DNA of 64,000 nucleotides from Escherichia coli (GCF_003334405.1 NZ_QOWM01000008.1), one strand, 5' to 3'; positions 11,606 to 24,549 are shown, numbered from the stretch's first letter. Translations and numbers: made by a program. The notes: generated from the sequence alone by a model not told the origin.

Positions 11606-12511
11606 ATGAAAAAGTTATTACCCTGTACCGCACTGGTGATGTGTGCGGGAATGGCCTGCGCACAGGCCGAGGAAAGGAACGACTGGCACTTTAATATCGG
11701 CGCGATGTACGAAATAGAAAACGTCGAGGGTTATGGCGAAGATATGGATGGGCTGGCGGAGCCTTCAGTCTATTTTAATGCCGCCAACGGGCCGTGGAGA
11801 ATTGCTCTGGCCTATTATCAGGAAGGGCCGGTAGATTATAGCGCGGGTAAACGTGGAACGTGGTTTGATCGCCCGGAGCTGGAGGTGCATTATCAGTTCC
11901 TCGAAAACGATGATTTCAGTTTCGGCCTGACCGGCGGTTTCCGTAATTATGGTTATCACTACGTTGATGAACCGGGTAAAGACACGGCGAATATGCAGCG
12001 CTGGAAAATCGCGCCAGACTGGGATGTGAAACTGACTGACGATTTACGTTTCAACGGTTGGTTGTCGATGTATAAATTTGCCAACGATCTGAACACTACC
12101 GGTTACGCTGATACCCGTGTCGAAACGGAAACAGGTCTGCAATATACCTTCAACGAAACGGTTGCCTTGCGAGTGAACTATTATCTCGAGCGCGGCTTCA
12201 ATATGGACGACAGCCGCAATAACGGTGAGTTTTCCACGCAAGAAATTCGCGCCTATTTGCCGCTGACGCTCGGCAACCACTCGGTGACGCCGTATACGCG
12301 CATTGGGCTGGATCGCTGGAGTAACTGGGACTGGCAGGATGATATTGAACGTGAAGGCCATGATTTTAACCGTGTAGGTTTATTTTACGGTTATGATTTC
12401 CAGAACGGACTTTCCGTTTCGCTGGAATACGCGTTTGAGTGGCAGGATCACGACGAAGGCGACAGTGATAAATTCCATTATGCAGGTGTCGGCGTAAATT
12501 ACTCGTTCTGA
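11606..12511 (+). CDS. ompG: Outer-membrane porin OmpG
   Basis: 301-aa ORF with signal peptide, beta-barrel-like alternating sequence and C-terminal YSF. Confidence 0.9.
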   Translation: MKKLLPCTALVMCAGMACAQAEERNDWHFNIGAMYEIENVEGYGEDMDGLAEPSVYFNAANGPWRIALAYYQEGPVDYSAGKRGTWFDRPELEVHYQFLENDDFSFGLTGGFRNYGYHYVDEPGKDTANMQRWKIAPDWDVKLTDDLRFNGWLSMYKFANDLNTTGYADTRVETETGLQYTFNETVALRVNYYLERGFNMDDSRNNGEFSTQEIRAYLPLTLGNHSVTPYTRIGLDRWSNWDWQDDIEREGHDFNRVGLFYGYDFQNGLSVSLEYAFEWQDHDEGDSDKFHYAGVGVNYSF

Positions 12512-12519
12512 TAATGGGC

Positions 12520-12605
12520 TAAATTGCCGGATGCGGCGCGAGTACTTTATCCGATCTATAAATGTAGGCCGGATAAGATGCGCTAGCATCGCATCTGGCA
12601 TTCAG
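12520..12605. repeat. REP/BIME-type palindromic elements
   Basis: Imperfect palindromes of the GCCGGATGCGGCG...CTTATCCGGCCTAC type between convergent ompG and ycjW. Confidence 0.6.
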
Positions 12606-12621
12606 GCAAGGTAGCTGGTAT

Positions 12622-13620
12622 TTATTTCAGCGTCATATGCGTGGCAACGGTAATATTCTGTGGTGACGGTTTTCCAGAAATTAAGCGGAATAATAACTCG
12701 CAGCTTTGTTGACCTAACTCCTGCGTCGGAACATCGATGCCGCCCGGTGCAGGCGTTAAAATAAATGACAGCGTTTCATTGCTATAACCCACCACCGCTA
12801 ACTGCTGCGGAATAGCAATATTTTTCTCTGCTGCCGCACGATAAATGCTCATTAATTTCAGGCTGTCAGTGGCAAACACCGCCTCAGGCAACGGTGACTG
12901 GCTTAATAATTGCCGTGCTGCTTTTAATGCAGTTTCATGGGTATAACCGCCATCAACAATCCATTCATCACGCACTGCAATATTATGCGCAGCCAGGCTC
13001 TGCTTATAACCATTAACGCGATCAACCGAAACATGGACATCAAGCGGAGCATGCAGGCAGGCAATATTTTGATGCCCACTTTCAATTAATGCATCGGTCA
13101 ACGCAATGCTGTCGCCAAAATTATCGGTATCGACAGAATAAACATGGGCATATTGACCTTCAACTTTGCCAATCACCACCACCGGAATATCATATTTATC
13201 GAGTTGGGCAAAAAATGACTCATCCGCTGGCGAACTGAGCATAATAATGCCTTTAATCATTTTCTGCTTAATTTTGCTTTCGCATTTTTGCAGATCTTCT
13301 GCCGGATTGTGCGACGTTTGTAATATCACGTCGAAACCTTCTTCTTCAGCTTTGGCGGTGATGGCATGCAAAACTTCAGAGAAAAACGGATTACCCGCCG
13401 TAGTTTTGGTCGAACGGGTAGAAATCACCATAATGGCATCAAAACCCGAAGAGGTCAGCGCGCGGGCCAGCTTGTTTGGCTGATACTGTAATTCTTCAAT
13501 GGCCCGTAACACTTTTTCGCGCGCTTCCGGGGAGATATTAGTTTGCTTATTCAGCACGCGTGATACGGTGGATTTTGATACGCCTGCAACCCTGGCAATA
13601 TCATAAATAGTAGGGGACAT
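12622..13620 (-). CDS. ycjW: LacI-family transcriptional regulator
   Basis: 332-aa ORF with N-terminal HTH ([21 protein letters not shown]) and periplasmic-binding-like body. Confidence 0.85.
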
Positions 13621-13775
13621 AGGTCAGGAACTCCGTCCGAACGTGAATGCTGCACATCTTATGGAGTTCGCCGGTCGATGACAACACGGGCAGTTGATAA
13701 TCAATGGCCTGGCCCCCACATTCATATCCTTACGAATGATTTTTTTTCTGGTCTTCAGAGCAGCACAGGACAGCA

Positions 13776-15173
13776 ATGAAGCGACTTAAAAATGAACTCA
13801 ATGCGCTGGTGAATCGGGGTGTCGACAGACATCTGCGCCTCGCTGTAACCGGACTTAGCCGCAGCGGCAAAACAGCGTTTATCACCGCGATGGTTAATCA
13901 GTTGCTTAATATTCACGCCGGAGCACGTTTGCCGCTGTTAAGTGCGGTGCGTGAAGAGCGCCTGCTGGGCGTGAAACGCATTCCCCAGCGTGACTTTGGC
14001 ATTCCGCGCTTCACCTATGACGAAGGGCTGGCGCAGTTATATGGCGATCCACCCGCCTGGCCAACGCCAACGCGCGGCGTCAGTGAAATCCGCCTGGCGC
14101 TACGTTTTAAATCGAATGATTCGCTGCTACGCCACTTTAAGGATACCTCCACGCTGTATCTGGAAATTGTGGATTATCCCGGCGAATGGTTGCTCGACCT
14201 GCCGATGCTGGCGCAGGACTATTTAAGCTGGTCGCGCCAGATGACGGGCTTACTCAATGGTCAGCGCGGAGAATGGTCGGCGAAATGGCGAATGATGAGC
14301 GAAGGGCTGGACCCGCTAGCGCCTGCCGACGAAAACCGGCTGGCGGACATTGCCGCCGCGTGGACCGATTATCTCCACCACTGTAAAGAGCAGGGGCTGC
14401 ACTTTATTCAGCCTGGGCGCTTTGTCTTGCCGGGAGATATGGCAGGTGCGCCCGCGCTGCAATTCTTCCCGTGGCCGGATGTCGATACCTGGGGCGAGTC
14501 CAAACTGGCGCAGGCCGATAAGCATACCAATGCCGGAATGCTGCGCGAGCGCTTTAATTATTACTGCGAGAAGGTGGTGAAGGGGTTCTATAAGAATCAT
14601 TTTCTGCGCTTTGACCGCCAGATTGTGCTGGTGGATTGCCTGCAATCTCTCAACAGTGGGCCACAGGCATTTAATGATATGCGTCTGGCACTGACGCAGC
14701 TGATGCAAAGTTTTCACTACGGGCAGCGTACCCTGTTCCGGCGTTTGTTTTCGCCGGTTATCGATAAGCTATTGTTTGCTGCCACTAAAGCGGACCATGT
14801 GACCATCGATCAGCACGCTAATATGGTTTCATTACTGCAACAACTGATTCAGGATGCCTGGCAAAATGCGGCGTTCGAAGGGATCAGCATGGACTGCCTG
14901 GGGCTGGCGTCAGTTCAGGCGACCACCAGCGGCATTATTGATGTTAACGGTGAGAAAATCCCGGCGCTGCGTGGTAATCGACTTAGCGATGGCGCACCGC
15001 TCACTGTTTATCCTGGCGAAGTTCCCGCACGTTTGCCTGGTCAGGCGTTCTGGGATAAGCAAGGCTTCCAGTTTGAGGCATTTCGTCCGCAGGTGATGGA
15101 TGTCGACAAACCACTACCGCATATTCGTCTTGATGCTGCGCTGGAATTTTTAATAGGAGATAAATTGCGATGA
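13776..15173 (+). CDS. ycjX: P-loop NTPase of unknown function (YcjX family)
   Basis: 465-aa ORF with Walker A GLSRSGKT; stop overlaps ycjF start. Confidence 0.85.
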   Translation: MKRLKNELNALVNRGVDRHLRLAVTGLSRSGKTAFITAMVNQLLNIHAGARLPLLSAVREERLLGVKRIPQRDFGIPRFTYDEGLAQLYGDPPAWPTPTRGVSEIRLALRFKSNDSLLRHFKDTSTLYLEIVDYPGEWLLDLPMLAQDYLSWSRQMTGLLNGQRGEWSAKWRMMSEGLDPLAPADENRLADIAAAWTDYLHHCKEQGLHFIQPGRFVLPGDMAGAPALQFFPWPDVDTWGESKLAQADKHTNAGMLRERFNYYCEKVVKGFYKNHFLRFDRQIVLVDCLQSLNSGPQAFNDMRLALTQLMQSFHYGQRTLFRRLFSPVIDKLLFAATKADHVTIDQHANMVSLLQQLIQDAWQNAAFEGISMDCLGLASVQATTSGIIDVNGEKIPALRGNRLSDGAPLTVYPGEVPARLPGQAFWDKQGFQFEAFRPQVMDVDKPLPHIRLDAALEFLIGDKLR

Positions 15174-16231
15174 CCGAACCGTTAAAACCACGTATTGATT
15201 TCGACGGTCCTCTGGAGGTCGATCAGAATCCTAAATTCAGGGCGCAGCAGACCTTTGACGAAAATCAGGCGCAAAATTTTGCCCCGGCCACGCTCGACGA
15301 AGCGCAGGAAGAAGAGGGGCAAGTCGAAGCGGTAATGGACGCAGCGTTACGTCCGAAACGCAGCCTGTGGCGCAAAATGGTGATGGGAGGGCTGGCTCTG
15401 TTTGGCGCAAGCGTTGTCGGGCAGGGTGTACAGTGGACAATGAATGCCTGGCAAACCCAGGACTGGGTGGCGCTGGGTGGATGTGCCGCTGGGGCATTGA
15501 TTATCGGCGCTGGCGTAGGTTCTGTGGTAACAGAGTGGCGGCGCTTATGGCGCTTGCGACAGCGCGCCCATGAACGCGACGAAGCGCGTGATTTATTGCA
15601 TAGCCACGGCACGGGCAAAGGCCGCGCATTTTGCGAAAAACTGGCGCAGCAGGCGGGTATTGATCAGTCGCATCCGGCGCTGCAACGCTGGTATGCCTCA
15701 ATCCATGAAACGCAAAACGACCGTGAAGTGGTCAGCCTGTATGCGCATTTGGTCCAGCCAGTTTTAGATGCCCAGGCGCGGCGCGAAATCAGCCGTTCGG
15801 CGGCGGAATCAACGTTGATGATTGCGGTCAGCCCGCTGGCGTTGGTCGATATGGCGTTTATCGCCTGGCGCAATCTGCGTTTAATTAATCGCATCGCCAC
15901 GCTGTATGGCATTGAACTGGGGTATTACAGCCGTTTGCGTCTGTTTAAGCTGGTATTGCTGAATATCGCTTTTGCCGGAGCCAGCGAACTGGTGCGCGAA
16001 GTGGGGATGGACTGGATGTCGCAAGATCTCGCTGCTCGTTTGTCTACCCGCGCAGCTCAGGGGATTGGTGCAGGACTTCTGACGGCACGACTCGGGATTA
16101 AAGCTATGGAGCTTTGCCGCCCGCTGCCGTGGATTGACGATGACAAACCTCGCCTCGGGGATTTCCGTCGTCAGCTTATCGGTCAGGTGAAAGAAACGCT
16201 GCAAAAAGGCAAAACGCCCAGCGAAAAATAA
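15170..16231 (+). CDS. ycjF: Inner-membrane protein of unknown function (YcjF family)
   Basis: 353-aa ORF with central hydrophobic helices; translationally coupled to ycjX. Confidence 0.85.
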   Translation: MTEPLKPRIDFDGPLEVDQNPKFRAQQTFDENQAQNFAPATLDEAQEEEGQVEAVMDAALRPKRSLWRKMVMGGLALFGASVVGQGVQWTMNAWQTQDWVALGGCAAGALIIGAGVGSVVTEWRRLWRLRQRAHERDEARDLLHSHGTGKGRAFCEKLAQQAGIDQSHPALQRWYASIHETQNDREVVSLYAHLVQPVLDAQARREISRSAAESTLMIAVSPLALVDMAFIAWRNLRLINRIATLYGIELGYYSRLRLFKLVLLNIAFAGASELVREVGMDWMSQDLAARLSTRAAQGIGAGLLTARLGIKAMELCRPLPWIDDDKPRLGDFRRQLIGQVKETLQKGKTPSEK

Positions 16232-16378
16232 TGCAATATCGGGTGCTGACCGGATATCTTTACGCCGAAGTGCCCGTTTTTCCGTCTTTGTGTCAATGAT
16301 TGTTGACAGAAACCTTCCTGCTATCCAAATAGTGTCATATCATCATATTAATTGTTCTTTTTTCAGGTGAAGGTTCCC

Positions 16379-17920
16379 ATGCGTCTGGAAGTCTTTTGTG
16401 AAGACCGACTCGGTCTGACCCGCGAATTACTCGATCTACTCGTGCTAAGAGGCATTGATTTACGCGGTATTGAGATTGATCCCATTGGGCGAATCTACCT
16501 CAATTTTGCTGAACTGGAGTTTGAGAGTTTCAGCAGTCTGATGGCCGAAATACGCCGTATTGCGGGTGTTACCGATGTGCGTACTGTCCCGTGGATGCCT
16601 TCCGAACGTGAGCATCTGGCGTTGAGCGCGTTACTGGAGGCGTTGCCTGAACCTGTGCTCTCTGTCGATATGAAAAGCAAAGTGGATATGGCGAACCCGG
16701 CGAGCTGTCAGCTTTTTGGGCAAAAATTGGATCGCCTGCGCAACCATACCGCCGCACAATTGATTAACGGCTTTAATTTTTTACGTTGGCTGGAAAGCGA
16801 ACCGCAAGATTCGCATAACGAGCATGTCGTTATTAATGGGCAGAATTTCCTGATGGAGATTACGCCTGTTTATCTTCAGGATGAAAATGATCAACACGTC
16901 CTGACCGGTGCGGTGGTGATGTTGCGATCAACGATTCGTATGGGCCGCCAGTTGCAAAATGTCGCCGCCCAGGACGTCAGCGCCTTCAGTCAAATTGTCG
17001 CCGTCAGCCCGAAAATGAAGCATGTTGTCGAACAGGCGCAGAAACTGGCGATGCTAAGCGCGCCGCTGCTGATTACGGGTGACACAGGTACAGGTAAAGA
17101 TCTCTTTGCCTACGCCTGCCATCAGGCAAGCCCCAGAGCGGGCAAACCTTACCTGGCGCTGAACTGTGCGTCTATACCGGAAGATGCGGTCGAGAGTGAA
17201 CTGTTTGGTCATGCTCCGGAAGGGAAGAAAGGATTCTTTGAGCAGGCGAACGGTGGTTCGGTGCTGTTGGATGAAATAGGGGAAATGTCACCACGGATGC
17301 AGGCGAAATTACTGCGTTTCCTTAATGATGGCACTTTCCGTCGGGTTGGCGAAGACCATGAGGTGCATGTCGATGTGCGGGTGATTTGCGCTACGCAGAA
17401 GAATCTGGTCGAACTGGTGCAAAAAGGCATGTTCCGTGAAGATCTCTATTATCGTCTGAACGTGTTGACGCTCAATCTGCCGCCGCTACGTGACTGTCCG
17501 CAGGACATCATGCCGTTAACTGAGCTGTTCGTCGCCCGCTTTGCCGACGAGCAGGGCGTGCCGCGTCCGAAACTGGCCGCTGACCTGAATACTGTACTTA
17601 CGCGTTATGCGTGGCCGGGAAATGTGCGGCAGTTAAAGAACGCTATCTATCGCGCACTGACACAACTGGACGGTTATGAGCTGCGTCCACAGGATATTTT
17701 GTTGCCGGATTATGACGCCGCAACGGTAGCCGTGGGCGAAGATGCGATGGAAGGTTCGCTGGACGAAATCACCAGCCGTTTTGAACGCTCGGTATTAACC
17801 CAGCTTTATCGCAATTATCCCAGCACGCGCAAACTGGCAAAACGTCTCGGCGTTTCACATACCGCGATTGCCAATAAGTTGCGGGAATATGGTCTGAGTC
17901 AGAAGAAGAACGAAGAGTAA
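16379..17920 (+). CDS. tyrR: Aromatic amino-acid regulator TyrR (sigma-54-type AAA+ domain with C-terminal HTH)
   Basis: ORF 16352-17920; start placed at MRLEVFCEDRLGL; motifs GDTGTGKD and GAFTGA-like region. Confidence 0.9.
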   Translation: MRLEVFCEDRLGLTRELLDLLVLRGIDLRGIEIDPIGRIYLNFAELEFESFSSLMAEIRRIAGVTDVRTVPWMPSEREHLALSALLEALPEPVLSVDMKSKVDMANPASCQLFGQKLDRLRNHTAAQLINGFNFLRWLESEPQDSHNEHVVINGQNFLMEITPVYLQDENDQHVLTGAVVMLRSTIRMGRQLQNVAAQDVSAFSQIVAVSPKMKHVVEQAQKLAMLSAPLLITGDTGTGKDLFAYACHQASPRAGKPYLALNCASIPEDAVESELFGHAPEGKKGFFEQANGGSVLLDEIGEMSPRMQAKLLRFLNDGTFRRVGEDHEVHVDVRVICATQKNLVELVQKGMFREDLYYRLNVLTLNLPPLRDCPQDIMPLTELFVARFADEQGVPRPKLAADLNTVLTRYAWPGNVRQLKNAIYRALTQLDGYELRPQDILLPDYDAATVAVGEDAMEGSLDEITSRFERSVLTQLYRNYPSTRKLAKRLGVSHTAIANKLREYGLSQKKNEE

Positions 17921-17926
17921 GCGCGA

Positions 17927-17959
17927 ATATGCCTGATGGTGCAACACCATCAGGCATAT
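17927..17959. terminator. Bidirectional intrinsic terminator between tyrR and tpx
   Basis: Perfect inverted repeat ATATGCCTGATGGTG-caa-CACCATCAGGCATAT. Confidence 0.6.
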
Positions 17960-17963
17960 TAAA

Positions 17964-18470
17964 TTATGCTTTCAGTACAGCCAGAGCTGCTTCGTAATCC
18001 GGCTCGGTGGTGATTTCATCCACCAGCTGGCTGAAAATCACATTGTCATTTTCGTCAATAACCACAACGGCACGCGCTGCCAGACCTTTCAGTGGGCCAT
18101 CAGCAATTGCCACACCGTAAGCTTGCAGAAATTCAGCGTTACGGAAAGTGGAGAGGGTGATAACGTTGTTCAGACCTTCTGCGCCGCAGAAACGAGACTG
18201 GGCGAACGGCAGATCGGCAGAGATACACAGCACAACGGTGTTGTCGATCTCAGTTGCCAGTTGGTTAAACTTACGTACTGATGCGGCGCAAACACCGGTA
18301 TCAATACTCGGGAAAATGTTCAGCACTTTGCGTTTACCCGCAAACTGACCGAGGGTGACGTCAGACAGATCTTTTGCCACGAGAGTAAAAGTCTGCGCTT
18401 TGCTACCCGCCTGCGGGATGGAATTGGCGACTGTAACCGGGTTGCCCTGGAAATGAACGGTTTGTGACAT
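17964..18470 (-). CDS. tpx: Thiol peroxidase
   Basis: 168-aa ORF recognised as Tpx, a peroxiredoxin with conserved Cys residues. Confidence 0.9.
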   Translation of the reverse strand: MSQTVHFQGNPVTVANSIPQAGSKAQTFTLVAKDLSDVTLGQFAGKRKVLNIFPSIDTGVCAASVRKFNQLATEIDNTVVLCISADLPFAQSRFCGAEGLNNVITLSTFRNAEFLQAYGVAIADGPLKGLAARAVVVIDENDNVIFSQLVDEITTEPDYEAALAVLKA

Positions 18471-18578
18471 GATTATCTTTCCTGTTTACATATAGTTAAC
18501 GTCACACCTAGTTTATGCTAACTGTCAATAACACAGCAAACGCTATTTGCGCTTAATCCGCAGACCACCGCGACAACA

Positions 18579-19528
<950 letters not shown>

Positions 19529-19554
<26 letters not shown>

Positions 19555-20317
19555 GATGCCAGCGCAGCAAGTTTGCCATCGCAAAGAGATATTTTTCGCT
19601 GGCTTCGTCGGAGGAGATGGGCGGAAACTCTGCGGTGATGCAATGCAAGTTCAGATCTGCACACCAACTGCCGAAAGAGCCAGGCGTTTCATAACCGACG
19701 CTGGTTACCAGAGGCAATTCAAACGCCTGAGCCAGCCATTCGCCTAATTCGCTGTGTCTGGGATCTTCAATACAGGCCAGTGGATCGTGGAATGAGACCA
19801 CCCAGGCAGGTTGAATGCGGTGTATAAGCTGGCACAGCGCCTGGGTTTCAGGTTCGGAGCCAGGTTTGTCACCTGTCAGTAATACGACATCGCGTTCTTC
19901 AGCGGCGCTGTTCCAGCGATAAACGGTTTCACCTTCCTTCCAGTTCGCCGCCGGAAAGTTTCTGTTTAAATCCACACCATTAGCATTGGCCCGTAACCCC
20001 AACTGGCAGCCGTCAGGATTCACACACAGCACCACATGATGACGGCGCAAAGAAGGTGTCAACGTCCGCAGAGCACAGGAGAGCGTGACGACCGAAGAGT
20101 TTTCATCACCGTGAGTGCCAGCCAGAATCAAACCACTTTCGCGGCTGGCTGCAGGGGCAGGAAACCAGATTAACGGCGCGCCCAATAATGAACGTCCGTA
20201 ATGTTCTGTTCCGGGCGGAAATGCGCCGCGTTCGGCGCGTGGGCGGGTTACGGTCATGATCGTCTCTGGTTCAGGAAGTATTACAGGCAGTGTTGTGCAA
20301 ATTTTGCGGATTATCAA
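19529..20317 (-). CDS. mpaA: Murein tripeptide amidase (zinc carboxypeptidase family)
   Basis: 262-aa ORF; true start may be an internal Met; 3' end overlaps the convergent ycjG. Confidence 0.8.
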
Positions 20318-20338
20318 ATCCTTTTCTTCAACGCTATG

Positions 20339-20521
20339 TCATCGATCTTGTATCACTTTTTTGCCGGAAGTTGTTTGCATTTTATTAGTTGGATAGGGTT
20401 TGTGGATTTTTGCTGGCTGACGGGCAAATAAAGTTTGTTTAATGGTTTGCTTATCTGCCAGTTGATTAATCACATGGCGGGCTATCTGACCGCCAGCACC
20501 AAGAATCAGTACATTTTTCAT
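20339..20521 (-). pseudogene. ymjC: Truncated NAD(P)-binding Rossmann fragment (ymjC-like remnant)
   Basis: 60-aa ORF starting MKNVLILGAGGQIARHV with nothing after the dinucleotide-binding fold. Confidence 0.35.
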
Positions 20522-20591
20522 GAAAATTATCCCAGATTATTGGCAGCAATATGCCAGTCCATATCACTATTGCGGATTTGAATATGTTTCA

Positions 20592-21524
20592 TTACAGAGT
20601 TTCCTCAAAGAACGGAGCTAATACTGAAATTGCTTCAGCCACATAGGCTTTGCCGTCATAAAGATCCATATGGTTTGCGCCTTCAACAATGTGATAGCGT
20701 TTATCCTGGCTTGATGCTCGATCGTACAGGTCGTCACTCATCCATTTGCTCCCTGCCTGGCTGCCCGCCACAATCTGCGTCGGCTGAGTCAGGTACACTT
20801 CCGCCATATGGTAAGCATCATAGGTAATAATCTGGTTAAGGCTGCGCAAAGTAGCGTAACCCGGTGCTGTTGGATACTGCGCGCGAGGGGTGTGGTAATA
20901 CTCCCAGGCCTGACGCAGTTCTTCGTTCGGCGCATCGGACTCCTTCATTGGTGCCAGTGGCATAATGGCGTATTCTCCGCTGCTAATATCGCTGGTTCTG
21001 GCGTTTGAACCCGCTTCAACGTATGGCAGGGCATCAATAGATTTCACATTGTTTTCCCAACCATTACGGAATATCGAACCAATATTGACCGCACTAACGG
21101 TACCGATGGCCTTGATGCGGCGATCCTGAATTGCAGCATTGGCTGTATATCCTGCACCGGCACAAATTCCCATCGCACCAATTCGGGTATTGTCGACATA
21201 AGAAAGCGTTGTCAGGTAATCAATCACGGCACTGATGTCTTCAGTACGAATGTATGGGTTTTCTAACTGACGCGGCTCGCCGCCACTTTCACCTTGATAA
21301 GATGCGTCATAAGCAATAGTGACAAATCCCTTTTCCGCCAGTTTTTTGGCATAGGTTCCGGCCGTTTGTTCTTTAACGCCCCCACCTGGGTGAGATAACA
21401 CAATTGCCTGATACTGACGGGTTTCATCAAATTTTGGAGGGAAATAGATCACTGCAGACAAAGAGATGGTTGGATTATTGCTGTTAGTGAAGCTGACTTT
21501 ATTATTCATCATTCCGTTCCTCAT
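20592..21524 (-). CDS. ycjY: Alpha/beta-hydrolase (dienelactone hydrolase / S9 peptidase-like)
   Basis: 310-aa ORF with nucleophile-elbow-like GICAGAG. Confidence 0.8.
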   Translation of the reverse strand: MRNGMMNNKVSFTNSNNPTISLSAVIYFPPKFDETRQYQAIVLSHPGGGVKEQTAGTYAKKLAEKGFVTIAYDASYQGESGGEPRQLENPYIRTEDISAVIDYLTTLSYVDNTRIGAMGICAGAGYTANAAIQDRRIKAIGTVSAVNIGSIFRNGWENNVKSIDALPYVEAGSNARTSDISSGEYAIMPLAPMKESDAPNEELRQAWEYYHTPRAQYPTAPGYATLRSLNQIITYDAYHMAEVYLTQPTQIVAGSQAGSKWMSDDLYDRASSQDKRYHIVEGANHMDLYDGKAYVAEAISVLAPFFEETL

Positions 21525-21649
21525 GGAGTTGTCGGTTCGTTTTAACGGTTGGTGATATCACTATAGATATTGATCATTAAGTTGATTAGACCCAAAATCA
21601 TGATTAGACCTATCATTTAAATGATTAATAGATTGCATGGAGATACTGA

Positions 21650-22549
21650 ATGAAGCGTGAAGAAATCGCTGATCTGATGGCGTTTGTCGTCGTTGCAGAG
21701 GAGCGTAGCTTCACTCGTGCAGCAGCCCGCCTGAGCATGGCGCAGTCAGCTTTAAGCCAGATAGTGCGTCGTATAGAAGAACGATTGGGATTGCGGCTTC
21801 TGACGCGAACCACGCGCAGCGTTGTTCCAACTGAAGCGGGCGAGCATCTTTTGTCTGTTCTTGGCCCTATGTTGCATGACATAGATTCAGCCATGGCATC
21901 CCTGAGCGATCTGCAGAACCGCCCATCCGGGACAATACGTATTACTACTGTAGAACATGCAGCAAAAACGATATTGTTACCAGCAATGCGCACATTCCTG
22001 AAATCGCATCCTGAAATTGATATTCAGCTCACCATTGATTATGGTTTGACCGATGTCGTTTCTGAACGTTTTGATGCAGGCGTCCGTCTGGGTGGGGAGA
22101 TGGATAAAGATATGATCGCCATTCGAATCGGGCCAGATATACCAATGGCTATTGTTGGCTCACCGGATTATTTTTCTCGCCGAAGTGTTCCAACGTCAGT
22201 GTCACAATTAATAGATCATCAGGCAATTAATTTGTATCTTCCCACATCGGGTACAGCAAATCGCTGGAGATTAATACGCGGTGGACGTGAAGTTCGTGTT
22301 CGCATGGAAGGTCAGCTTTTACTGAATACGATAGACCTGATCATTGATGCTGCAATTGATGGGCATGGATTGGCGTATCTACCTTATGATCAGGTTGAGC
22401 GGGCTATTAAAGAAAAAAAACTGATACGTGTTTTGGATAAATTCACACCAGATTTACCCGGTTATCACCTGTACTATCCACACCGTCGACATGCTGGCTC
22501 GGCATTCTCATTATTTATAGATAGGCTGAAGTATAAAGGTGCTGTTTAG
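21650..22549 (+). CDS. pgrR: LysR-family transcriptional regulator
   Basis: 299-aa ORF with N-terminal LysR HTH; divergent from ycjY. Confidence 0.8.
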   Translation: MKREEIADLMAFVVVAEERSFTRAAARLSMAQSALSQIVRRIEERLGLRLLTRTTRSVVPTEAGEHLLSVLGPMLHDIDSAMASLSDLQNRPSGTIRITTVEHAAKTILLPAMRTFLKSHPEIDIQLTIDYGLTDVVSERFDAGVRLGGEMDKDMIAIRIGPDIPMAIVGSPDYFSRRSVPTSVSQLIDHQAINLYLPTSGTANRWRLIRGGREVRVRMEGQLLLNTIDLIIDAAIDGHGLAYLPYDQVERAIKEKKLIRVLDKFTPDLPGYHLYYPHRRHAGSAFSLFIDRLKYKGAV

Positions 22550-22885
22550 CACTACTTGCTGATACATTAATTTAATTCTTCTCTTAACGTATTCTCAGTT
22601 CCTTTCAACGTTTTGGTCATTTTTTATTCTTCGTACAATGGCGACAGATGCTGATTATGATACCGAAAACGGGTTTGAACGTGCGAAGCCCGAACGTAGT
22701 GTTCGGAGTTCTATGTGCTTTACCGCATTTTGGAGACTATTATTTACACTAAATCTGATTTGATATATTGATACTTAAAACATTTGATGCTTCCTTTGTC
22801 ACTTTTTTGATGGAAGTTGTTTGCATTTCTTTAAGGCGAAACAAATAATTACGCATCAATTTTAATGTCGGTTAGAGGGAAACTT

Positions 22886-24499
22886 ATGAAGCACTCTGTT
22901 TCAGTCACGTGTTGTGCGCTGTTGGTCAGCAGCATTTCTCTTTCGTATGCTGCAGAAGTTCCGAGCGGCACAGTACTGGCAGAGAAGCAGGAGCTGGTGC
23001 GCCACATTAAAGATGAGCCTGCGTCGCTGGATCCCGCTAAAGCCGTGGGCCTGCCAGAGATTCAGGTCATTCGCGATCTGTTTGAAGGTCTGGTGAATCA
23101 GAACGAAAAAGGGGAGATTGTCCCCGGCGTTGCGACTCAGTGGAAAAGTAATGACAACCGTATCTGGACTTTTACCCTGCGCGATAACGCAAAATGGGCG
23201 GATGGCACACCGGTAACGGCGCAAGATTTTGTCTACAGCTGGCAACGTCTGGTGGACCCAAAAACATTGTCGCCATTTGCATGGTTTGCCGCGCTGGCGG
23301 GAATCAACAACGCACAGGCGATTATTGATGGTAAAGCTACGCCTGACCAGCTTGGCGTCACCGCAGTTGATGCCCATACTTTGAAAATTCAGCTTGATAA
23401 ACCGTTGCCGTGGTTTGTGAATTTAACCGCTAACTTTGCCTTCTTCCCGGTGCAAAAAGCCAACGTAGAAAGCGGTAAAGAGTGGACGAAACCCGGAAAT
23501 CTGATCGGCAATGGCGCTTATGTTCTTAAAGAGCGCGTAGTCAATGAAAAACTGGTCGTGGTACCGAATACCCATTATTGGGATAACGCCAAAACGGTAC
23601 TGCAAAAAGTGACCTTCCTGCCAATTAATCAGGAATCCGCAGCCACTAAGCGTTACCTCGCGGGGGATATTGATATCACCGAATCCTTCCCGAAAAATAT
23701 GTATCAGAAGCTGTTGAAGGATATTCCGGGGCAGGTTTATACGCCGCCGCAGCTCGGGACCTATTATTATGCGTTTAACACGCAAAAAGGGCCGACGGCA
23801 GATCAGCGCGTTCGTCTGGCATTAAGTATGACGATAGATCGCCGCCTGATGACCGAAAAAGTATTAGGGACGGGCGAAAAGCCAGCGTGGCATTTTACAC
23901 CAGATGTTACCGCGGGATTTACGCCGGAACCTTCGCCGTTTGAACAAATGAGTCAGGAAGAACTGAATGCGCAGGCAAAAACTTTGTTGAGCGCAGCTGG
24001 TTATGGTCCGCAAAAACCGCTGAAGCTGACGCTTTTGTATAACACTTCAGAAAACCATCAAAAAATTGCGATTGCTGTAGCATCGATGTGGAAAAAGAAC
24101 CTTGGCGTAGATGTTAAATTGCAAAATCAGGAATGGAAAACCTATATCGATAGCCGTAACACCGGCAATTTTGATGTTATCCGCGCCTCGTGGGTGGGGG
24201 ATTATAATGAACCCTCCACTTTCCTGACATTATTAACGTCAACGCATTCAGGAAATATTTCACGCTTTAACAATCCGGCATATGACAAAGTTCTGGCCCA
24301 GGCATCGACGGAAAATACCGTTAAAGCGCGTAATGCCGATTACAACGCGGCAGAAAAAATCCTCATGGAGCAAGCACCGATTGCACCAATTTATCAATAT
24401 ACCAATGGACGATTAATCAAGCCGTGGCTGAAAGGTTATCCCATTAATAATCCTGAAGATGTGGCGTACAGTCGGACTATGTATATTGTGAAGCATTGA
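22886..24499 (+). CDS. mppA: Periplasmic murein tripeptide-binding protein (OppA paralogue)
   Basis: ORF 22865-24499; start placed at MKHSVSVT; signal peptide present. Confidence 0.85.
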   Translation: MKHSVSVTCCALLVSSISLSYAAEVPSGTVLAEKQELVRHIKDEPASLDPAKAVGLPEIQVIRDLFEGLVNQNEKGEIVPGVATQWKSNDNRIWTFTLRDNAKWADGTPVTAQDFVYSWQRLVDPKTLSPFAWFAALAGINNAQAIIDGKATPDQLGVTAVDAHTLKIQLDKPLPWFVNLTANFAFFPVQKANVESGKEWTKPGNLIGNGAYVLKERVVNEKLVVVPNTHYWDNAKTVLQKVTFLPINQESAATKRYLAGDIDITESFPKNMYQKLLKDIPGQVYTPPQLGTYYYAFNTQKGPTADQRVRLALSMTIDRRLMTEKVLGTGEKPAWHFTPDVTAGFTPEPSPFEQMSQEELNAQAKTLLSAAGYGPQKPLKLTLLYNTSENHQKIAIAVASMWKKNLGVDVKLQNQEWKTYIDSRNTGNFDVIRASWVGDYNEPSTFLTLLTSTHSGNISRFNNPAYDKVLAQASTENTVKARNADYNAAEKILMEQAPIAPIYQYTNGRLIKPWLKGYPINNPEDVAYSRTMYIVKH

Positions 24500-24549
24500 T
24501 GTGATGGGAACTGGCGTTACCCTTGTGCATAACGCCAGTGATGTCTGAT

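Noticed and set aside
24511-24538. Hairpin after mppA as an intrinsic terminator
   Set aside because: Stem CTGGCGTTA/TAACGCCAG is good but lacks a clear T-run on either strand; not confident enough to call.
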